Shown one piece after another: positions 58,659 to 64,000 of a stretch of DNA of 64,000 nt (position 1 is its first letter; each line of letters opens with the position of its first letter). The translations under genes and the position numbers were made by a program. Origin of the DNA: Nanobdellota archaeon (lineage in GTDB: Archaea > Nanobdellota > Nanobdellia > Woesearchaeales > GW2011-AR9); contig JAUYPX010000026.1 of assembly GCA_030697505.1 (NCBI GenBank), positions 53,322 to 117,321 on the forward strand. Reading direction: 5' to 3'. Under the pieces are notes generated by a model. That model had not been told where the DNA came from. It saw only the letters and a program-made list of their open reading frames with translations, and did no database searches.

Positions 58659-59627
58659 CTATCCCTTGTCTTTATGAAATTCCCAGGCGCTCCTGATTAT
58701 ATCCTTGATGTCATACTCTGCTTTCCATCCCCAGTCCTGCTCTATTTTCTTCGGATCAGCGACTAAAAAAGCAGCATCACCACTTCTGGGCGGAGCATCA
58801 ACTAGAGGTATTTTTTTTCCGGTAATTTCTTCTGCAATTTTGATTATTTCACGAACTGAATGGCCTTTTCCTGTACCCACATTATAGATTTGAGGGACAT
58901 CGCTTATTTTTTCCAACGCCAGAAGATGAGCCCTAGCCAGATCCATAACATGAATGTAATCACGGACACAAGTTCCATCTGAAGTGGGATAATCACTGCC
59001 AAATACTTTGATGCAATCTCGTTGGCCAAGAGCTGCTTGCAAAATTAAAGGTATTAAATGAGTCTCTTGCTTATGACGTTCACCAAGGCCATAGGCTGCG
59101 CCGCTGGCATTAAAATAACGAAGAGAAACAAACTTGATCCCATAGATACGATTATACCAATGTAAAAGGCGTTCAAATTTTAATTTAGTCTCTCCATAAA
59201 AATTTTCTGGTGCGAGTATATCGTTTTCAGTTAAAACCCCATCCTTCGTCTTATATACGGCTGCAGAAGAAGAAAAGATGATCTTTGTAACATTATGTTT
59301 GACCATCATGTCCAGAATATTAATTCCATTCACCACATTATTCTGAAAGAAGATAGAGGGGTTCTTCATAGAGTCTCCTGCTTCGATTGAACCGGCAAAA
59401 TGCATAACTGCATCAAAAGAATATTTTTTGAATACGCTGTCTAAAAAATCCCGATCGCCTAGATCACCATTGATAACCTGCACTTTATCTTTAACCTCAG
59501 AAAAAATAGCCTGTGCACGGTCAAGATGAATTTTGTCGACTACTATCGGCTGATGCCCTTGCTCAATCAGGCGCATCACCACATGAGAACCGATGTACCC
59601 TGCCCCGCCAGTAACTAAGATTTTCAT
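58659..59627 (-). CDS. galE: UDP-glucose 4-epimerase-like extended SDR
   Basis: MKILVTGGAGYIGSHVV, YGETK and YNVGTGKGHSVREI. Confidence 0.8.
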   Translation of the reverse strand: MKILVTGGAGYIGSHVVMRLIEQGHQPIVVDKIHLDRAQAIFSEVKDKVQVINGDLGDRDFLDSVFKKYSFDAVMHFAGSIEAGDSMKNPSIFFQNNVVNGINILDMMVKHNVTKIIFSSSAAVYKTKDGVLTENDILAPENFYGETKLKFERLLHWYNRIYGIKFVSLRYFNASGAAYGLGERHKQETHLIPLILQAALGQRDCIKVFGSDYPTSDGTCVRDYIHVMDLARAHLLALEKISDVPQIYNVGTGKGHSVREIIKIAEEITGKKIPLVDAPPRSGDAAFLVADPKKIEQDWGWKAEYDIKDIIRSAWEFHKDKG

Positions 59628-59644
59628 GATATTGACACCTGTCT

Positions 59645-60952
59645 TTACTTGCGCCCCATCCCGATATATTCAAACCCTTCATCCTTCAACAATTCAGGCT
59701 CATAGATATTTCGCCCGTCAAAAATTATTTTCTCTTTCATCAACTTTCCCAGCTCGCTGAAATTGATGCCCCTAAACTCATCCCATTCAGTGACCAGAAT
59801 AACGGCGCTGCTTCCCAGCGCCGCTTCTTCAGCAGAAGAACAGTACGTTATTTTATCGTTAAATATTTTCCTTGCATCTTCCAATGCACAGGGATCATGC
59901 ACCCTAAGCTCCGCGCCATGTGCGAGCAATTCGCTGATGATACTAATTGAAGGCGCTTCCCTCATATCATTAGTCTTCGGTTTAAAAGAAAGCCCCAAGA
60001 CACCAAAAGTTTTTCCTTGGATATCATTATTAAACCGCTCTTTTATTTTGGTGACCATCAGTTTCTTCTGCCGTTCGTTCAAAGCATCCACTTCTTCCAG
60101 AAGTCTCGCTTGATATCCTTTTTCATGCGCAGTTTTTATCAGCGCTTTGACATCTTTCGGGAAACAGCTTCCCCCGTATCCTACGCCGGGGTTAAGAAAT
60201 CGCGGAGAGATGCGATAATCTAGGCCTAAAGCCATGGAAACGATCTTTACATCCGCACCGGTACGATCACAGATATTGGAAATCTCATTGATAAAAGAGA
60301 TCTTGGTGGCTAAGAAAGCATTATTCGCATATTTAATCAGTTCGGCTGTCTCCCAATCAGTTTCCACTATTGGTAAATAGGTCCTCATTCTTCCGGAATA
60401 TACCTTACGCATGATAGGAAGGGCCTTTTCCGAAGCTGTTCCCACCACAATCTTATCAGGATAATTGAAAGCCCTGATAGCATTGCCTTCCCGCAGAAAT
60501 TCAGGATTGGAGACTACATCAAAAGACACCCCGTTTTTATTGTGCTCTGAGATTATTTCTGCCGTTTTTCTGGCTGTTCCAGGAGGTACAGTGCTCTTAT
60601 TGACCACCACTTTGTAATCATTGAGGTGTTCCCCGACAATTTTGGCGACTGAAAACACATATTCTAGGTTAGCAGAGCCATCGCCGTTGCTGGGAGTGCC
60701 AACGCAGTTAAATATCACTTCTCCGAATTTTACCCCTTCCTCCGCCGAAGTGCTGAAACGCAATTTTCCTTTCCTGGCATTCTGAGTCACCAGTTCCTGC
60801 AGCCCTGGTTCAAAAAAAGGGACTTTTCCTGATTGCAGGATCTTAATTTTACTTTCATCGACGTCGACGCAAAGGATGGTATGTCCTAAATTTGCCAGAC
60901 ATGCTCCGGTGGTCAAACCGACATACCCTACACCAAATACGGTGATGTTCAT
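59645..60952 (-). CDS. Nucleotide-sugar 6-dehydrogenase (UDP-glucose/GDP-mannose/UDP-GlcNAc dehydrogenase family; WbpA/Ugd-like)
   Basis: MNITVFGVGYVGLTTGACLA Rossmann N-terminus and catalytic GGSCFPKDV. Confidence 0.85.
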   Translation of the reverse strand: MNITVFGVGYVGLTTGACLANLGHTILCVDVDESKIKILQSGKVPFFEPGLQELVTQNARKGKLRFSTSAEEGVKFGEVIFNCVGTPSNGDGSANLEYVFSVAKIVGEHLNDYKVVVNKSTVPPGTARKTAEIISEHNKNGVSFDVVSNPEFLREGNAIRAFNYPDKIVVGTASEKALPIMRKVYSGRMRTYLPIVETDWETAELIKYANNAFLATKISFINEISNICDRTGADVKIVSMALGLDYRISPRFLNPGVGYGGSCFPKDVKALIKTAHEKGYQARLLEEVDALNERQKKLMVTKIKERFNNDIQGKTFGVLGLSFKPKTNDMREAPSISIISELLAHGAELRVHDPCALEDARKIFNDKITYCSSAEEAALGSSAVILVTEWDEFRGINFSELGKLMKEKIIFDGRNIYEPELLKDEGFEYIGMGRK

Positions 60953-61692
60953 CTTTCATACACCTTTTTTGCTTCTTCTAACGATTCAAATGTTCCTACA
61001 TCAAACCAATGCTCGTCAAAAACAAACCCATGCACTTCTGATTGTTCTGCCAGATATCTGATCAAATTGCCTGGCGCGTCCACTTTTCTTGTTTTTACTA
61101 AATTTCTAATATGGCGTAAATCATCTCTTTTAAAAAAATAGCAAGCGGTGCTGGCCAGGCTGCTTTTCGGTTCTGCTGGTTTCTCTTCAAAATCGATCAC
61201 TTTACTTCCTTCCACTATACCTACTCCATATTTGCCTTTCACTTTATTCTTATCTTTCAGATCATGGAAAGCCACTACTGAAGAATTCTTGTTCTTGAAA
61301 AAATCAGTGAAAGCAAGCAACGAAAAACCAAACAGATTATCTCCAGCTATGACTAAGAGATCCTCGTTAATATTTTCCTGTTGAACTGCAAATTGAATGT
61401 CGCCGATCGCGCCCAAGCGATCCTCATTGCTTTTTGTGCCATCATTGAGTATTTTTAATTTAAATGGCGTTTTGATATTCTTAACCCAACTAGTAAAAGC
61501 AGGATAAAATTTATCATTGGTGACAACATACACTTCTTTGACATTCTCGACTTCTTCCAATTTATCTAGAATATGGTTGAGGATAGTTTTTTCACCTACT
61601 TTCAATAGAGGTTTTGGCGTGTTTTCTGTTAAAGGGTATAGACGTGTGGCATATCCCGCAGCAAGTAGTAAAACCCTAATTTTTACCACCAC
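60949..61692 (-). CDS. Sugar-1-phosphate nucleotidyltransferase (short NTP-transferase)
   Basis: LLAAGYATRLYPLTENTPKPLL signature. 247 aa. Confidence 0.8.
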   Translation of the reverse strand: MVVKIRVLLLAAGYATRLYPLTENTPKPLLKVGEKTILNHILDKLEEVENVKEVYVVTNDKFYPAFTSWVKNIKTPFKLKILNDGTKSNEDRLGAIGDIQFAVQQENINEDLLVIAGDNLFGFSLLAFTDFFKNKNSSVVAFHDLKDKNKVKGKYGVGIVEGSKVIDFEEKPAEPKSSLASTACYFFKRDDLRHIRNLVKTRKVDAPGNLIRYLAEQSEVHGFVFDEHWFDVGTFESLEEAKKVYER

Positions 61693-61793
61693 CTACTAAA
61701 ACCAATACTTCCATAGGATAAAACAAAAGAAAATGCTTTAAAAGTATTATGGAAGAGGAGTTTTACTGAGAATAAAGATAAAAGTCGTTGCTC

Positions 61794-61838
61794 GTGGAAC
61801 TGAACGTAGAGAAGTTCCACTTGACAGAATTTTGGTTC
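61794..61838. repeat. 45-bp direct repeat, copy 1, containing an internal palindrome TGGAAC...GTTCCA
   Basis: GTGGAACTGAACGTAGAGAAGTTCCACTTGACAGAATTTTGGTTC is identical to 61925..61969. Confidence 0.9.
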
Positions 61839-61924
61839 TGCAGCCAGTTACACTAGGCGAATCGTATTCAAGTAGGGTATTCGCGTGGCTCAACCCTACG
61901 ATATTTTAATGAATTACGTTGATT

Positions 61925-61969
61925 GTGGAACTGAACGTAGAGAAGTTCCACTTGACAGAATTTTGGTTC
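61925..61969. repeat. 45-bp direct repeat, copy 2
   Basis: Perfect copy of 61794..61838, 131 bp downstream. Confidence 0.9.
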
Positions 61970-61984
61970 AGCTTTTTTCGCTTA

Positions 61985-62145
61985 GGCGCAAAAAAGATGA
62001 GTGGACAGCTTACCGGGATTCCCGCACGCTAATGCAGTACTGCCCCAGTACGGAGACGCTCTTAACTTCCGAGATCGAAACGGGATCGGGTGAACCGCGC
62101 CCCTATGGCCGTCCGAGAGATTCAATTGGGGGCTTATTTATAAAG
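61985..62145 (+). ncRNA. Candidate structured noncoding RNA or regulatory leader of unknown class
   Basis: A local GC-rich (>55%) island in a roughly 40% GC locus. Several stems: perfect palindrome GCAGTACTGC, CGGGA/TCCCG, and GCCCC...GGGGGC followed by a TTATTTAT run. The only ORF (93 aa) has atypical CG-rich codons. Confidence 0.3.
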
Positions 62146-62198
62146 ATTACGATTACTTTTTCATAACGATTTAAAAATCAAAGATAAACTAGGCTAAT

Positions 62199-63983
62199 GT
62201 GATCGACACAGCAATTATCATCGCCGGGGGCTTAGGGACTAGACTTAGGCCTCTCACCGAATCTACCCCAAAACCATTACTGCCCATACGGGGAAAACCA
62301 ATAATAGAGCACGTCATCAGGAATCTTAGGAAGCATGGAATCACTAATATCATCATTTCTATTGGATATAAAGCTGACCAAGTACAGGAATATTTCAAAG
62401 ATGGCAGCTCTCTCGGGGTAAATATCTCCTATTCCCTGGAAACTCAACCTCTAGGCACAGGAGGGGCAGTAAAACAAGCCTCAAAATTCCTTTCCAAACC
62501 TTTCTTCTTGCTCTGGGGTGATAATCTCATGGATATCAATATCTCCAAAATGAAAGAAGATTACCTCAATTATAACGCCGCTATACTTATGGCTCTTACT
62601 CATCGTGAGGATGTGGAAAACTTTGGGGTAGCCAAATTAGAACAACATAAGATCATCACTTTTGTAGAAAAACCGAAACGGGAAGAAGCTCCTTCTACCT
62701 TGATAAATGCCGGCGCTTTTATTGTTGATCCCTCTTGTTTGCAGCTTCTTCCAGAAGGGATATCCTCATTAGAGAAAGATTGTTTTGAGAAGCTTGCTCC
62801 GCAGGGAAAAATCGCCGCGCACATCCATCAAGGGCAGTGGTTTCCTACCGACACTTTGGAGAAATATTATTGGGCTAATACTGCATTTCAGCCTGATATC
62901 TATCTGCAAGAAAAGAAAGTGATCATCGCCGATGTCGATGACACTATCTGCGAAACTTGCCAGCAGATCTCTTCGGAGATGGCGGAACAGATTTCTCGGA
63001 TGATCAGACAAGGATATGAATTTGCCTTCATCAGCGGCACCAAAAGTGAAGACCTTCAGAAGATGATTTCCTCCAGAGTGAAAGAAAAACATCATCTTCT
63101 CGCTACTACCGGAACAAATTATTCCATCATCGAAAAAGATACCGTAAATGTCATATACAATAATTCCTTTAGCCAGGAAGAAAAAGAAGAGATTATGGCT
63201 GCCTTACAAAAACTTATCTCCAACTACGGGATTATCTCTTTAACTACCCCGGAAGATCAGCTCCAAGACCGAGAATCTCAGATCACTTTATCAGCTATCG
63301 GTAGAAATGCGCCGATAGAGGTTAAAAAGAAGTACGACCCTTCTGGAGAAAAACGCAAGGTCTGGACAGAATTCCTTAAGAAACATCTCGATGAAAATAA
63401 ATATGATCTTAAAATTGGCGGAACTACTTCCATCGACATCACTCGGAAAGGCTTAGATAAGGAATGGGGAATTAAAACCTTCGCAGAGCATCATAAAATA
63501 CCTCTAAATTCTATTGTCTTTATAGGAGATAAGATTTTTCCCGGAGGAAATGACTTCCCGGCAACCAGGATTGTAGACTGCATCTCCGTAAAGTCGCCTC
63601 AAGAAACATTGCAACAGCTGCGAAAAATAGAAATCTTAAGCAGAATCATCATCTCAGAAAGACCTTGGGGAGCATTTGAACGATTTACCGCAAACCAGAT
63701 CAGCACGGTCAAAATACTGGAAGTAAACCCGCAGCAGCGCCTTTCCTTGCAGTCGCATCAGCATCGGGAAGAATTATGGATCGCTCTTGATGATGGAGTG
63801 ATAGCCGAGATAAATGGAGTAAAACTATATCTCAAAAAAGGGGATAAGATAGTGGTTCCAAAAGAAGCCAAACACCGGCTCTCTTCCGAGAGCGGAACTG
63901 TCCGGGTCTTAGAGATAGCCTTCGGGAACTTTGATGAGAATGACATTACTCGCTATGAAGATGATTTTGGCAGAATGAAATAA
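62199..63983 (+). CDS. Trifunctional fusion: sugar-1-P nucleotidyltransferase, HAD-type phosphatase (PMM-like) domain, and type-II phosphomannose isomerase cupin (ManC-like)
   Basis: N-terminus AIIIAGGLGTRLRPLTESTPKPLLPI. The middle has HAD motifs (IIADVDDTICE...FIGDKIFPGGND). The C-terminal cupin has WGAFERF...LSLQSHQHREELWI...GDKIVVPKEAKHRL. Confidence 0.75.
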   Translation: MIDTAIIIAGGLGTRLRPLTESTPKPLLPIRGKPIIEHVIRNLRKHGITNIIISIGYKADQVQEYFKDGSSLGVNISYSLETQPLGTGGAVKQASKFLSKPFFLLWGDNLMDINISKMKEDYLNYNAAILMALTHREDVENFGVAKLEQHKIITFVEKPKREEAPSTLINAGAFIVDPSCLQLLPEGISSLEKDCFEKLAPQGKIAAHIHQGQWFPTDTLEKYYWANTAFQPDIYLQEKKVIIADVDDTICETCQQISSEMAEQISRMIRQGYEFAFISGTKSEDLQKMISSRVKEKHHLLATTGTNYSIIEKDTVNVIYNNSFSQEEKEEIMAALQKLISNYGIISLTTPEDQLQDRESQITLSAIGRNAPIEVKKKYDPSGEKRKVWTEFLKKHLDENKYDLKIGGTTSIDITRKGLDKEWGIKTFAEHHKIPLNSIVFIGDKIFPGGNDFPATRIVDCISVKSPQETLQQLRKIEILSRIIISERPWGAFERFTANQISTVKILEVNPQQRLSLQSHQHREELWIALDDGVIAEINGVKLYLKKGDKIVVPKEAKHRLSSESGTVRVLEIAFGNFDENDITRYEDDFGRMK

Positions 63984-64000
63984 TTTTAGCTCTTAGCACG

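Noticed and set aside
61794-61969. CRISPR array
   Set aside because: Only two repeat copies, with a 131-bp spacing. No cas genes are present in the window.
61985-62145. Known riboswitch or housekeeping RNA (TPP, cobalamin, fluoride, SRP, RNase P, tmRNA, tRNA)
   Set aside because: By-eye inspection found none of the conserved boxes of these classes. The class is left unassigned.
61885-62166. 93-aa ORF spanning the second 45-bp repeat and the GC-rich island
   Set aside because: It is built from CG-rich codons (ccg, cgc, ccc, ggc) that are unlike the rest of the locus. It overlaps the repeated elements and hairpins and has no recognisable motifs. A noncoding RNA or regulatory DNA is more likely.
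1-64000. Mobile elements, integrases, transposases, toxin-antitoxin or defence systems
   Set aside because: No ORF showed transposase, integrase, restriction or Cas-like motifs, and no IS-type terminal inverted repeats were seen. The island looks like a metabolic glycosylation locus rather than a mobile or defence island.

Overview
The window is almost entirely a dense glycoconjugate-biosynthesis island of about 55 genes. It is roughly 40% GC, with AT-rich TATA-like boxes 25-35 bp upstream of many start codons and only occasional Shine-Dalgarno sites. No transposases, integrases, CRISPR arrays, tRNAs or rRNAs were seen. Main contents: (a) Positions 1-10.3 kb hold a nonulosonic-acid (sialic-acid-like) module with a fused NeuA/NeuB-type CMP-synthetase-synthase, a WbuX/WbpG/PseA-type N-acetyl-sugar amidotransferase, and a fused HisF-HisH ammonia-channel protein (acetamidino formation). 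They also hold two 2-hydroxyacid dehydrogenases, a class-I aminotransferase, an ATP-grasp ligase, a HAD phosphatase and a CE4-like deacetylase. (b) Positions 11-24.5 kb hold a GT4, a Wzx-like flippase, a GT2, GDP-mannose 4,6-dehydratase, two SDR reductases, a cupin ketoisomerase-like protein, two paralogous TylCIII-like C-methyltransferases, a DegT aminotransferase and a CBS-SDR fusion. Together these read as a GDP-6-deoxy/amino/branched sugar pathway. (c) Positions 24.6-39.4 kb and 46.1-47.6 kb hold five PMT_2/ArnT-like (GT-C) membrane glycosyltransferases, two of them close paralogs, plus two membrane SGNH hydrolases, an O-carbamoyltransferase with three small membrane ORFs, and three SAM methyltransferases. 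(d) Positions 39.4-48.6 kb and 58.6-61.7 kb hold an AsnB-type amidotransferase and two polyprenyl-phosphate sugar synthases. They also hold WbpA/WbpB/WbpD-WbpE-like genes for UDP-2,3-diacetamido-uronic acid (the D and E functions fused), plus GalE and sugar nucleotidyltransferases. (e) Positions 48.6-56.2 kb hold a phosphonate operon. It encodes a cytidylyltransferase-PEP mutase fusion, an MPnS/HEPD-family bicupin carrying the methylphosphonate-synthase diagnostic residues, an HD protein, phosphonopyruvate decarboxylase and an Fe-alcohol dehydrogenase. A bacterial-type cytidylate kinase and a divergent CDP-alcohol phosphotransferase-like membrane protein follow directly. (f) Positions 61.7-62.2 kb are a 500-bp noncoding divergent region with two 45-bp direct repeats and a GC-rich, structured segment, followed by a trifunctional ManC-like fusion gene. 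The most interesting hypothesis is a methylphosphonate (or related phosphonate) that is CMP-activated and transferred to a glycan or lipid. The proposed transferase is a CDP-alcohol-phosphotransferase homolog supported by its own CMP kinase, inside an unusually elaborate multi-GT-C glycosylation locus.
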